A stretch of 64,000 bases of DNA from an uncultured Lachnospiraceae bacterium (lineage in GTDB: Bacteria; Bacillota; Clostridia; Lachnospirales; Lachnospiraceae). Position numbers and translations under genes: made by a program. The notes below the pieces were generated by a model. That model did not search any database and was not told the origin of the DNA. It saw only the letters and a program-made list of their open reading frames with translations. Shown piece by piece: positions 28,327 through 38,067 of this stretch; within the stretch, counting starts at the first letter, position 1; every line of letters begins with the position of its first letter. The stretch covers positions 45,788 to 109,787 of the forward strand of contig ONEK01000002.1 of NCBI GenBank assembly GCA_900316855.1, in the 5' to 3' direction.

Positions 28327-29367
28327 ATGTCTGTGTTTTCCGGGACTCCCGGGCAGCAGGAGGCAGCGGAGCACCTGCAGAATGCTCTCAGGACGGGACA
28401 TATTTCGCATGCGTACATATTGTGCGGGGAGAAGGGCTCCGGCAGAATGGAACTGGCAAGGGACTTTGCGCAGACGCTTCTGTGCGAGAACCGCGTGGAG
28501 CGGAACGGGGTCCTGCTGCCCTGCGGGAAGTGTCATTCCTGCCTGCAGGCTCAGACATTCAACCACCCGGATCTCATTCCCGTTGTGCATCAGAAGAAAA
28601 ATGACGCGGACAGGGGAGCTCTGAGTGTCGATGAAATCCGTGCTCTCAGGTCGGATGTTTCGATCCTTCCGTATTCCGGAGAATATAAAATCTATATCCT
28701 GAAGGATGCGGAGTCCATGACGGTACAGGCACAGAATGCGCTTCTCAAGGTCCTGGAGGAACCTCCTTCCTACGCCATCCTGTTCCTTCTGGCGGACGGA
28801 ATCTCGGGCTTTCTCCCGACCGTTCTCTCGCGGTGCATTACTTTAAGGCTTCATCCTGCGGACCGGAATGTGCTGGCAGACTATCTTGTCAGGGTGAAAG
28901 GAATAGGAGAACGGGCAGCCCTGCAGCTGGCGGGTCTCTCCCACGGGAATCCCGGCAGGGCAGCAGAGCTGTGCAGCGGGGAAGGGACGGGCGAAATTCT
29001 CAGGGAGACGATTGCGTTCCTGAAAAATCTTCCCGCTTCCACCAGCGTCGAAATCAGTTCCTTTGCGGGGCATGTTTCGGATAAAAAGGAAAACCATACT
29101 GAGGATGTACTGGACTTTGCCGGCAGCTGGTATCGGGACATCCTGGTCATGAAAAGGACGCAGGACCCCGAACGCTTGATTTTTACGGAAGAATTACAGT
29201 ATATTAGCAGTACTGCACAGACGCAGACGCTGCAGGCACTTGCGGCGGTTCTGGACGCGCTGGACACGGCAGCGTTGAGAAGAAGTGCAGGCGGGAATGA
29301 TATGCAGATCCTGGAGATGTGTTTCCTGTCCATACGGACGGCGCTGACCTCCGGGTACAATAGATAG
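28327..29367 (+). CDS. holB: DNA polymerase III delta-prime subunit
   Basis: SHAYILCG, Zn motif C...PCGKCHSC, HPD, AQNALLKVLEEPP, TVLSRC. Confidence 0.95.
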   Translation: MSVFSGTPGQQEAAEHLQNALRTGHISHAYILCGEKGSGRMELARDFAQTLLCENRVERNGVLLPCGKCHSCLQAQTFNHPDLIPVVHQKKNDADRGALSVDEIRALRSDVSILPYSGEYKIYILKDAESMTVQAQNALLKVLEEPPSYAILFLLADGISGFLPTVLSRCITLRLHPADRNVLADYLVRVKGIGERAALQLAGLSHGNPGRAAELCSGEGTGEILRETIAFLKNLPASTSVEISSFAGHVSDKKENHTEDVLDFAGSWYRDILVMKRTQDPERLIFTEELQYISSTAQTQTLQALAAVLDALDTAALRRSAGGNDMQILEMCFLSIRTALTSGYNR

Positions 29368-29380
29368 ATAAGGTCAGAAC

Positions 29381-30664
29381 ATGACAGATCAGAACGTAGA
29401 AACAACACTGCAGGAGGAAGAATCCCTGCAGGAGGAAGAGCCCCTGCGGCAGGAAGAATCTCTGCAGGAGGAAGAATCTTTGCAGGAGACAGAACCCGGG
29501 AAAGATGAATCTGCGGCAGCGGGAGCTGTTTCGGATCCGGAAGAGCCTGCTCCCGCGGCAAAAACGGTTTTTCTTGCAGGTGTACGATTCCGCAGGGGAG
29601 GGAAAACCTATTATTTCACCCCCGGAGCGTTTAAGGTGCGCAGAGGCAGTCATGTGATCGTGGAAACCGCACGCGGGATCGAATACGGCACGATCGTATG
29701 CGATCCGATCGAGCTGCCGCAGAAACGCTACAAATCTCCGGTCCGCAGGGTGCTCCGGCTGGCTGCACAGGCAGATGACCAGAGGCAGGAAGAAAACCGC
29801 AGGAAGGAACAGGAAGCCTTTTCGGCATGTCAGCAGAAAATCCGTCAGCATCAGCTGGAGATGAAACTGATCGATGCGGAGTATACGTTTGACGGCAGCA
29901 AGATCATATTCTATTTTACAGCGGACGGACGTGTGGACTTCCGGGATCTTGTCAAGGATCTTGCTTCGATGCTCCATACAAGGATTGAACTGCGTCAGGT
30001 CGGCGTAAGGGATGAGACCAGGATTCTGGGAGGCTGCGGGATCTGCGGCAGACCGCTGTGCTGCCATACCTATCTTACCGATTTTATTCCGGTATCCATC
30101 AAGATGGCAAAGGAGCAGAATCTGTCGCTGAACCCGGCCAAGATTTCCGGCGCCTGCGGCAGACTGATGTGCTGCCTGAAAAATGAAGAGGAAACGTACG
30201 AGGAGCTGAACAAGACGCTTCCGCATGTCGGGGACGAGGTCGAAGGGAACGACGGTCTTCACGGCGAAGTGGAAAGTGTCAGTGTGCTGCGCCAGCGCGT
30301 CAGGATTCTTGTGGAGGTCAATGACGAGAAGGAGCTCCACGAATACGAAGCCGCGGATGTTACCATCCTGCGCCGCAGAAAGCGCGGACAGGCAAGGCCG
30401 AAATTTAACCGCAATGAACTGGATCGAAAACCCTCCTCCGGCGGCAGAAGGCCGGAAAGAGCCGTCCGGAATGAGAATGCTGTCCCGGAGGGGAAGCAGC
30501 AGGATTCCGGGAAAAACGGGAGGCAGGACCGCAGGGGCGCCGCGGAGGCTTCCCGGCAGGGAACACCGGAGCAGGACAGGACAGGAAAACGAAGATCGCC
30601 AAGGCACAGGAACCGCGGCGGCAGACAGGGCGGAGCTACCGGGACAAATGGTACAGCTTCATGA
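29381..30664 (+). CDS. yaaT: PSP1-domain protein YaaT/RicT with acidic N-terminal and basic C-terminal extensions
   Basis: FTADGRVDFRDLVKDLA, RIELRQVGVRDE, GGCGICGRPLCC, KISGACGRLMCCL. Confidence 0.93.
   Translation: MTDQNVETTLQEEESLQEEEPLRQEESLQEEESLQETEPGKDESAAAGAVSDPEEPAPAAKTVFLAGVRFRRGGKTYYFTPGAFKVRRGSHVIVETARGIEYGTIVCDPIELPQKRYKSPVRRVLRLAAQADDQRQEENRRKEQEAFSACQQKIRQHQLEMKLIDAEYTFDGSKIIFYFTADGRVDFRDLVKDLASMLHTRIELRQVGVRDETRILGGCGICGRPLCCHTYLTDFIPVSIKMAKEQNLSLNPAKISGACGRLMCCLKNEEETYEELNKTLPHVGDEVEGNDGLHGEVESVSVLRQRVRILVEVNDEKELHEYEAADVTILRRRKRGQARPKFNRNELDRKPSSGGRRPERAVRNENAVPEGKQQDSGKNGRQDRRGAAEASRQGTPEQDRTGKRRSPRHRNRGGRQGGATGTNGTAS
29408..29497 (+). repeat. 18-bp tandem repeat x5 (encodes LQEEES-type units)
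   Basis: ctgcaggaggaagaatcc / ctgcaggaggaagagccc / ctgcggcaggaagaatct / ctgcaggaggaagaatct / ttgcaggagacagaaccc. Confidence 0.9.
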
Positions 30665-31382
30665 CGGTGAGAGGGTGGACGATCTGATGAGAAGCCACCT
30701 GAAGATCATTCAGGACCCCGGGAAGTTCTGCTTCGGAATGGATGCCGTGCTGCTGTCCGGATTTGCTTCTGCCCCTGCAGGTGCGCGTGTGCTGGACCTG
30801 GGAACGGGTACGGGAATTCTGCCGATCCTGATGAGTGCGAAGACCTGCGCGGGGCACTTTGAGGCGCTGGAGATTCAGCCCCGGGTTGCGGACATGGCAG
30901 CGAGAAGCGTCGCTATGAACCATCTCGAGGACCGGATTCATATTGTAACAGGGGATATCAGGGAAGCAGACACATTTTTTGCGGCTGCTTCTTTTGATGT
31001 GGTTACCTGCAATCCTCCTTATATGAAGGCGGATGCCGGTCTGCACAATCCGGATGATGCCATGATGATCGCAAGGCATGAAATCCTGTGCAGCTTTGAG
31101 GATGTCGCGGAAGCGGCACAGAAGCTGCTGCGCCCCGGCGGCCATTTTTATCTGGTGCACCGTCCGTTCCGCCTGGTGGAGCTGTTCGAAACGCTCGCGC
31201 AGCATCAACTGGAGCCCAAAAGGATGCAGCTGGTTTATCCTTTTGCCGACCGGGAACCCAACATGGTGCTGGTCGACTGCGTCCGCGGAGCCAGACGAAG
31301 ACTCCGGATTGAAAAGCCCATCATCGTGTACAGGGCACCGGGGGAATACTCGGAGGAACTGCTCACCATTTACGGCTATTAA
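30648..31382 (+). CDS. yabB: tRNA1(Val) A37 N6-methyltransferase-like (YabB/TrmN6)
   Basis: FCFGMDAVLL, VLDLGTGTG, CNPPY, ARHE, LVHRP; start MVQLHDGERVDDL overlaps the yaaT end. Confidence 0.88.
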   Translation: MVQLHDGERVDDLMRSHLKIIQDPGKFCFGMDAVLLSGFASAPAGARVLDLGTGTGILPILMSAKTCAGHFEALEIQPRVADMAARSVAMNHLEDRIHIVTGDIREADTFFAAASFDVVTCNPPYMKADAGLHNPDDAMMIARHEILCSFEDVAEAAQKLLRPGGHFYLVHRPFRLVELFETLAQHQLEPKRMQLVYPFADREPNMVLVDCVRGARRRLRIEKPIIVYRAPGEYSEELLTIYGY

Positions 31383-31407
31383 CCATGCCTGCTACAGGAG
31401 AAATGCG

Positions 31408-32253
31408 ATGGCGGGAACGCTGTATTTATGTGCGACACCGATCGGAAATCTGGAAGATATGACGTTCCGTGTGCTCGAGTGTCTGAAAAACGCTGACCTG
31501 ATTGCGGCGGAGGACACCCGGAATACCATGCACCTCCTGAATCATTTCAACATCCGCAGGCCGCTCACCAGCTATCATGAGCACAACAAATATGATAAAG
31601 CGGAGGAACTGATTGCCCGGCACCTTCTGAAGGGCGAAAACGTTGCGCTTGTGACAGACGCCGGTACCCCGGCCATCTCGGATCCGGGGGAAGTCCTTGC
31701 GAGGCGCTGCATGGAGGAGGGAATCCGTGTGACGTCCCTTCCGGGTGCCTGCGCTCTCATCACAGCTCTGTCCATGTCCGGCATGCCATCCAGGAGATTC
31801 TGCTTTGAGGGCTTCCTGCCGCCTGATCACAGGGAGAGGGAGCACATCCTGGAACAGCTGAAGACAGAGGAAAGAACCACTATTGTGTATGAAGCTCCTC
31901 ACCATCTGAAAGCGACCCTGCGGGAACTGTATGAGAGTCTCGGGGACAGGAAGCTTGTGCTGTGCCGGGAGCTTACGAAACGCTATGAGGAGGCGGTCCC
32001 TTCCACACTGGGGGAAGCCTCTGACTTTTATGAAACAAATGAGCCGCGCGGCGAGTATGTTCTTATCCTTGCCGGTGCAGACCCCGCCCTGCTGGAGCAG
32101 GAAAAGCACAGACAGTGGAGCGGACTTTCCCCACAGGAGCATATGGACCGGTACCTGAAAACCGGCATGGACCGGAAGGAGGCCATGAAGCAGGTGGCAA
32201 AGGACCGGGGCGTTTCCAAGCGGGATATTTACCGCATGCTTCTGGGATCATAA
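31408..32253 (+). CDS. rsmI: 16S rRNA C1402 2'-O-methyltransferase
   Basis: LYLCATPIGNLEDMT, AEDTR, DAGTPAISDPG, YEAPH, RELTKRYEE, RGEYVL. Confidence 0.96.
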   Translation: MAGTLYLCATPIGNLEDMTFRVLECLKNADLIAAEDTRNTMHLLNHFNIRRPLTSYHEHNKYDKAEELIARHLLKGENVALVTDAGTPAISDPGEVLARRCMEEGIRVTSLPGACALITALSMSGMPSRRFCFEGFLPPDHREREHILEQLKTEERTTIVYEAPHHLKATLRELYESLGDRKLVLCRELTKRYEEAVPSTLGEASDFYETNEPRGEYVLILAGADPALLEQEKHRQWSGLSPQEHMDRYLKTGMDRKEAMKQVAKDRGVSKRDIYRMLLGS

Positions 32254-32305
32254 TTTATGCAAATTTAATTGCGGCTGAAATGGATTTATGGTATACCAAT
32301 TACTG

Positions 32306-32323
32306 GTGTTAAAAAAGTAACAA
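32306..32323. promoter_or_regulatory. Rex-like operator upstream of pckA
   Basis: GTGTTAA-AAAA-GTAACAA vs the clostridial consensus TTGTTAA-N4-TTAACAA (12/14); just downstream of an extended -10 TGG-TATACC. Confidence 0.6.
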
Positions 32324-32366
32324 ACTTTTTCAAATAGATGGATTCAGAAAGAGGAGGAATTACGCA

Positions 32367-33977
32367 ATGGCAAATGTTGATCTTACCCAGTATGGGATCA
32401 CCGGGACCTCTGAGATCGTTTACAACCCTTCCTACGAGCAGCTGTTCGAGGAAGAGACCAAGCCCGGTCTCGAGGGCTATGAGGTAGGTCATGTCAGCGA
32501 GCTCGGTGCAGTTGATGTATTTACAGGCATCTATACCGGCCGTTCACCCAAGGACAAGTTCATCGTCATGGATGAGAACTCCAAAGACACCGTATGGTGG
32601 ACCAGCGAGGAGTATCCGAATGATAACCATCCCGCTTCCGCGGAGGCATGGGCTGCTGTAAAGGATATCGCCAGGAAGGAGCTCTCCAATAAGAAGCTGT
32701 ATGTGGTAGATGGCTTCTGCGGCGCCAACAAGGATACCCGCATGGCTGTCCGCTTCATCATGGAAGTCGCATGGCAGGCTCACTTCGTGCGCAATATGTT
32801 TATCCGCCCGACAGAGGAAGAGCAGGCAAACTTCAAGCCTGACTTCATCGTTTACAATGCTTCCAAGGCTAAGGTTGAGAACTGGAAGGAACTGGGTCTT
32901 CATTCCGAGACAGCCGTTGTATTCAACATCACCAGCCATGAGCAGGTCATCATCAACACCTGGTACGGCGGTGAGATGAAGAAGGGCATGTTCTCCATGA
33001 TGAACTATTACCTTCCCCTGAAGGGCATTGCTTCCATGCACTGCTCTGCGAACACAGACCTCAATGGTGAGCATACTGCGATCTTCTTCGGCCTGTCCGG
33101 AACCGGCAAGACCACCCTTTCCACAGATCCCAAGAGACTCCTCATCGGCGATGATGAGCACGGCTGGGATGACAACGGCGTATTCAACCTCGAAGGTGGC
33201 TGCTACGCAAAGGTCATCAACCTCGACAAGGACGCAGAGCCGGATATTTACGGAGCCATTAAGAGAGACGCTCTCCTTGAGAACGTAACGGTTGACGACG
33301 CAAACGGCGGAAAACTTGACTTCACGGACAAGTCTGTCACTGAGAACACCCGTGTATCTTATCCGATCTATCATATTGAGAAGATCGTTAAGCCGATTTC
33401 CCATGGTCCTGCTGCCGACAATGTAATTTTCCTGTCTGCAGATGCCTTCGGTGTTCTGCCTCCGGTATCCATCCTTACACCCGAGCAGACCAAGTACTAT
33501 TTCCTGTCCGGATTCACGGCAAAGCTTGCCGGAACCGAGCGCGGCATTACTGAGCCCACACCTACGTTCTCCGCATGCTTTGGTCAGGCGTTCCTCGAAC
33601 TGCATCCCACCAAGTACGCAGAGGAGCTGGTCAAGAAGATGAACAAGTCCGGCGCCAAGGCTTATCTTGTAAACACCGGCTGGAACGGAACCGGCAAGAG
33701 AATCTCCATCAAGGATACGCGCGGAATCATCACTGCCATCCAGAATGGCGATGTTGCCAAGGCTCCTACCAAGAAGATTCCTTATTTTGACTTTGAGGTT
33801 CCGACTGAGCTTCCCGGAGTTGATCCTGCCATCCTGGATCCCCGCGATACCTACAAGGATGCTGCGGAGTGGGATGCGAAGGCAAAGGATCTCGCAGCAA
33901 GGTTCCAGAAGAACTTCAAGAAGTACGAAGGAAACGCAGCAGGCAAGGCACTCGTTGCCGCAGGCCCTCAGCTGTAA
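32367..33977 (+). CDS. pckA: Phosphoenolpyruvate carboxykinase (ATP)
   Basis: [55 protein letters not shown]. Confidence 0.98.
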   Translation: MANVDLTQYGITGTSEIVYNPSYEQLFEEETKPGLEGYEVGHVSELGAVDVFTGIYTGRSPKDKFIVMDENSKDTVWWTSEEYPNDNHPASAEAWAAVKDIARKELSNKKLYVVDGFCGANKDTRMAVRFIMEVAWQAHFVRNMFIRPTEEEQANFKPDFIVYNASKAKVENWKELGLHSETAVVFNITSHEQVIINTWYGGEMKKGMFSMMNYYLPLKGIASMHCSANTDLNGEHTAIFFGLSGTGKTTLSTDPKRLLIGDDEHGWDDNGVFNLEGGCYAKVINLDKDAEPDIYGAIKRDALLENVTVDDANGGKLDFTDKSVTENTRVSYPIYHIEKIVKPISHGPAADNVIFLSADAFGVLPPVSILTPEQTKYYFLSGFTAKLAGTERGITEPTPTFSACFGQAFLELHPTKYAEELVKKMNKSGAKAYLVNTGWNGTGKRISIKDTRGIITAIQNGDVAKAPTKKIPYFDFEVPTELPGVDPAILDPRDTYKDAAEWDAKAKDLAARFQKNFKKYEGNAAGKALVAAGPQL

Positions 33978-34001
33978 TAGATTCCTGTACCGGCAATCCG
34001 C

Positions 34002-34040
34002 AAGGACAGGCACGAAAACCCGTGCCTGTCCTTCTTTTAT
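34002..34040 (+). terminator. Intrinsic terminator of pckA
   Basis: AAGGACAGGCACG-AAAACC-CGTGCCTGTCCTT followed by CTTTTAT. Confidence 0.85.
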
Positions 34041-34081
34041 GCTATGATTAGACTTGCCGGGCCGCGGTATAGGGTGGAGAC

Positions 34082-35140
34082 ATGGCAACCTACGTCATCA
34101 GTGATATTCATGGTGCGTTTGATGAGTTCAACGCACTGCTGGACAAAATACATCTGCGCTTTGACGGACAGGATCAGCTGTACCTTCTGGGCGATTATGG
34201 AGACTGGAATCCGAAATCCATGGACGCGATTCAGTTCGTGAGAGAACTGGACGAGTCCTATAATTTCGTACATTGTGCCATGGGAAATCATGAGCAGCTG
34301 TTTCTCCAGACGGTGGACTCGGGGTTTGACGGGAAGGTTCTCAACGAGCCTGCCGTCAACTGGATATATAACAACCGCGGTCTCGTCACCTGGAACGCTT
34401 ACCGTTCCATGCCGCCGGGAGAACGGAAGACCCTGATTCACTGGATGAGGAACCTGCGCTACAGCTTTGATGTGACGGTAAACGGTGTGCACTACATGCT
34501 GGCGCATGCCTATCCCTATTATTATGATGTCCAGACAGACGCCCGGAACACAGCGGCCAGACAGAATGAAGCAATCTGGAGGCGCCTCATGATCCGGGAA
34601 AACCCGTTCAGCGGGTATACCGGAAGCAGGCACTACGATATGCTGATCTGCGGGCATACCATTTCGGATGTCTACTATCAGGAACTGAGATACGAGAAGG
34701 ACTGGCCGTATCGCAAGCCGGGTCAGACCGTACGCAACCGGATTTTTCACGGGGAGAAGTTTATAGATATTGACTGCGGCGCCAAGTGCATGGAAATGCA
34801 GCCGGACGCAGGTGATGTACTTCAGATTGCCACGATGCGTGCACAGCTGGCCTGCCTCAGGCTGGACGACCTGATGGGAGTATATGTTCACCGGCCTTCA
34901 GTTGCCATGCCGGAGCTGACGGTTCCGGAATTTTCCATGCCGCAGCTTGACATTCCCGCCAAAGCCGTTCCTGCCGTGAGTGCGGGCCAGCTGACGGTTC
35001 CGGAATTTTCCATGCCGCAGCTCAGTATTCCCGGCATCCGTGCTCCGCAGTTTCATGTTCCGGACCTGCAGGGATTCAAGGTCCCCGAGTTCCTGCCGCA
35101 TATTTCTGAACGGGATAGCAGCGGTGAAATGAATGTCTGA
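34082..35140 (+). CDS. Calcineurin-like (PPP/PphA-type) metallophosphoesterase with a proline-periodic C-terminal tail
   Basis: SDIHG, LGDYGD, GNHE, LAHA, CGHT, IDIDCG; tail of P-x-hydrophobic-x-hydrophobic pentapeptides. Confidence 0.88.
   Translation: MATYVISDIHGAFDEFNALLDKIHLRFDGQDQLYLLGDYGDWNPKSMDAIQFVRELDESYNFVHCAMGNHEQLFLQTVDSGFDGKVLNEPAVNWIYNNRGLVTWNAYRSMPPGERKTLIHWMRNLRYSFDVTVNGVHYMLAHAYPYYYDVQTDARNTAARQNEAIWRRLMIRENPFSGYTGSRHYDMLICGHTISDVYYQELRYEKDWPYRKPGQTVRNRIFHGEKFIDIDCGAKCMEMQPDAGDVLQIATMRAQLACLRLDDLMGVYVHRPSVAMPELTVPEFSMPQLDIPAKAVPAVSAGQLTVPEFSMPQLSIPGIRAPQFHVPDLQGFKVPEFLPHISERDSSGEMNV
34914..35022 (+). repeat. Exact 34-bp direct repeat, 75 bp apart, within the phosphatase tail
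   Basis: agctgacggttccggaattttccatgccgcagct at 34914-34947 and 34989-35022. Confidence 0.9.
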
Positions 35141-35570
35141 ATTCTGTCTGTTTCTGATCCTGGCCGCGGCTGCCGCAGCTTCTGTTTTCCTCCTTCTGGC
35201 TCTGCACTTCAAAAGACTTCGGACCCCGCTTTCCATGGATGAGATGGAGGGACACGAGTTCGAGTATTACTGTGCGGATCTCCTGTCCATGAACGGATTC
35301 CGTAATGTGGAAGTGACGAGGGGATCCGGGGATTTTGGCGCGGATATCCTGGCGGAAAAGGACGGCGTCACCTATGCCATCCAGTGCAAATGCTATGACG
35401 GACCTGTCGGGGTAGCTGCAGTACAGGAAGTCTATGCGGCGAAAGACTTCTATGACCGGATGGTCGGCGCGGTGATGACGAACCGTACGTTTACCGCACC
35501 CGCTGTCACGATGGCCCGGAAGCTCGGAATCCTGCTGTGGGACCGCGGGCTATTGAAAAATCTTGCCTAA
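35133..35570 (+). CDS. Membrane-anchored Mrr_cat (PD-(D/E)xK) restriction-endonuclease-like protein
   Basis: N-terminal TM helix; GHEFE, GDFGADI, IQCK, AVQEV, VMTN.TFT; overlaps the phosphatase stop by 8 nt. Confidence 0.85.
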   Translation: MSEFCLFLILAAAAAASVFLLLALHFKRLRTPLSMDEMEGHEFEYYCADLLSMNGFRNVEVTRGSGDFGADILAEKDGVTYAIQCKCYDGPVGVAAVQEVYAAKDFYDRMVGAVMTNRTFTAPAVTMARKLGILLWDRGLLKNLA

Positions 35571-35716
35571 AGAATTCGAACGTTCCCGAAGGCCGCCGCG
35601 GTGCAGTGCCCTCCTTTTTCTGTTAGAATGATTTCGTTGCGTGGTGTCTGATGCCGGGACGTAACCGTCTGCCGTTTCAGGCACTTCAGTACACAAAACA
35701 GGAGGGCAGCAATACT

Positions 35717-37321
35717 ATGTCAGATCAGGAAAGGATTAAGGATCAGATCCTTGGAGGAGAGGCGGTTGTCGGCATTGAGTTCGGCTCCACCCGCATCAAG
35801 GCGGAACTGATCACAACCGACAACGTTCCCGCGGCAGAGGGTTCCTGGGAATGGGAGAACCGTCTGGACAACGGGATCTGGACCTATTCACTGGACGATA
35901 TCTGGAAGGGACTGCAGGGCTGTTACGCAGATCTTGCGAAAAACGTTGAGGGCCGGTACGGAGTTAAGATTCACAAACTTGCCGCCATCGGAATCAGCGC
36001 CATGATGCACGGCTATCTTGCGTTTGATTCCAGAGATCAGCTGCTTGTACCGTTCCGGACCTGGCGCAATACAATCACGGAGGAGGCGGCATCCAGGCTG
36101 ACGGAGCTGTTCCATTACAATATTCCCCAGAGATGGTCCATTGCGCACCTTTATCAGGCTATCCTCAACAAGGAGCCGCACGTCAGGGACATTTCGTTTG
36201 TCGCAACGCTGGCAGCTTATGTACACTGGCAGCTGACCGGCAAAAAGGTGATCGGCGTCGGAGACGGCTCCGGAATGTTCCCGATCGATATGCAGACCGG
36301 TGACTTTGATGCCGGCATGATCCGGAAATTCAACGAACTGACAGCGGGCGAGAACCTTGGCTGGAAGCTGCCGGATATTTTCCCCCGCAACCTGAAAGCG
36401 GGAGAAGATGCCGGGACGCTGACGGAGCGCGGAGCGAAGCTGCTGGATGTATCCGGGAATCTTGAGGCGGGCATCCCGATGTGCCCTCCGGAGGGAGATG
36501 CAGGAACCGGAATGGTGGCAACCAATTCGGTTGCCAAGAGAACCGGTAACACCTCGGCAGGTACGTCGTGCTTTGGCATGATTGTGCTGGAGAAGCCTCT
36601 GAAGAACGTCTACCCGGAGATCGATCTTGTGACCACTCCTGTCGGGGATCTGGTTGCCATGGCTCATGTCAACAACTGCACATCCGATCTCAACGCCTGG
36701 GTGAACATTTTTTATGAGTTCTGCGGCGCCATGGGTATTTCCGCGGACAGGGGACAGCTCTTCGGCATTCTGTACCGCAAGGCACTTGAGGGGGACAAAG
36801 ACTGCGGAGGACTCCTGGACTACAACTATTTTTCGGGTGAGCCCATCAGTAAGGTGAACGAGGGCCGGCCGCTGTTCGTCCGTACACCGGATGCGAAGTT
36901 CAATCTTGCCAATTTCATGAGGGTACATCTGTATGCTTCCCTGTCCGTCCTGAAGGTCGGCATGGACCTGCTCCTGAAGAACGAGGGAGTGAAGGTTGAC
37001 AATATGATGGGACATGGCGGTCTGTTCAAGACGAAGGGTGTTGGACAGAGTATTCTCGCTGCAGCGCTCAACACACCGGTCACCTGCATGACAACCGCAG
37101 GCGAGGGCGGCGCATGGGGCATTGCCCTGCTGGCAGCTTATATGGTCAGGGGCGGCGGCCTTTCTCTTGCCGAGTGGCTGAACCGGGAGGTCTTTGCAGG
37201 CGCTCAGGGTGAGACGATTGCGCCGGACCCTGCTGACGTGAAGGGTTTTGATGAGTATATTGCCCGCTACACAAGGGGACTCCCGATCGAGGAGGCTGCC
37301 ATTGCGGGGCTGAAGGAATAA
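35717..37321 (+). CDS. araK: FGGY sugar kinase, probable L-ribulokinase (clostridial AraK-type)
   Basis: [54 protein letters not shown]; directly upstream of araD. Confidence 0.8.
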   Translation: MSDQERIKDQILGGEAVVGIEFGSTRIKAELITTDNVPAAEGSWEWENRLDNGIWTYSLDDIWKGLQGCYADLAKNVEGRYGVKIHKLAAIGISAMMHGYLAFDSRDQLLVPFRTWRNTITEEAASRLTELFHYNIPQRWSIAHLYQAILNKEPHVRDISFVATLAAYVHWQLTGKKVIGVGDGSGMFPIDMQTGDFDAGMIRKFNELTAGENLGWKLPDIFPRNLKAGEDAGTLTERGAKLLDVSGNLEAGIPMCPPEGDAGTGMVATNSVAKRTGNTSAGTSCFGMIVLEKPLKNVYPEIDLVTTPVGDLVAMAHVNNCTSDLNAWVNIFYEFCGAMGISADRGQLFGILYRKALEGDKDCGGLLDYNYFSGEPISKVNEGRPLFVRTPDAKFNLANFMRVHLYASLSVLKVGMDLLLKNEGVKVDNMMGHGGLFKTKGVGQSILAAALNTPVTCMTTAGEGGAWGIALLAAYMVRGGGLSLAEWLNREVFAGAQGETIAPDPADVKGFDEYIARYTRGLPIEEAAIAGLKE

Positions 37322-37344
37322 TACGGCGGACGAGGTGAACATTT

Positions 37345-38046
37345 ATGCTGGAAGAACTGAAACAGAAGGTCTATGAGGCCAATATGATGCTGCCGCGGTA
37401 TCAGCTGGTGACATTTACATGGGGGAATGTATCCGGAGTCTGCCGGGAAAAGGGCGTTTTCGTGATCAAGCCCAGCGGTGTTCCCTATGAGGAGCTGCGC
37501 CCGCAGGATATGGTGGTGGTTGATTTTGACGGGAACAAGGTCGAGGGGGAAATGAATCCTTCCTCCGATACGCCAACACATGCTTACCTGTATAAGCACT
37601 GGGAAAGGATCGGCGGAGTGGTGCATACCCACTCTTCCTATGCAACCAGCTGGGCACAGTCCGGGCGCAGCATCCCGTGCTACGGGACAACGCACGCGGA
37701 TTACTATTACGGTGAGATTCCCTGCCTGCGTACATTGACGAAAGCGGAGATCGATGATGCATATGAGAAGAATACAGGAGTACTGATCGTGGATTCCTTC
37801 GGACAGATGAAGAAGGATTACACGGCAGTGCCTGCCTGCCTGTGCAAAAACCACGGACCCTTTGCATGGGGGAAGGATCCCGTGGACGCGGTTCACAGTG
37901 CCGTCGTACTCGAAGAAGTTGCGAAGATGGCATACCGGACGGAGCTGATCAATCCGAAGGTGGCACCGGCGCCGCAGGAGCTTCAGGATAAACACTATTA
38001 CAGGAAACATGGCGCGAATGCCTATTACGGGCAGGCCAGAAAATAA
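37345..38046 (+). CDS. araD: L-ribulose-5-phosphate 4-epimerase
   Basis: TFTWGNVS, IKPSGV, PSSDTPTH, VHTHS, GTTHADY, NHGPF, HYYRKHGANAYYGQ. Confidence 0.95.
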   Translation: MLEELKQKVYEANMMLPRYQLVTFTWGNVSGVCREKGVFVIKPSGVPYEELRPQDMVVVDFDGNKVEGEMNPSSDTPTHAYLYKHWERIGGVVHTHSSYATSWAQSGRSIPCYGTTHADYYYGEIPCLRTLTKAEIDDAYEKNTGVLIVDSFGQMKKDYTAVPACLCKNHGPFAWGKDPVDAVHSAVVLEEVAKMAYRTELINPKVAPAPQELQDKHYYRKHGANAYYGQARK

Positions 38047-38067
38047 CTCAATGACAGGAGGCACAAA

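Noticed and set aside
29408-29497. Short repeats as a possible CRISPR array
   Set aside because: The units are contiguous with no spacers, in frame within yaaT, and no cas genes are present.
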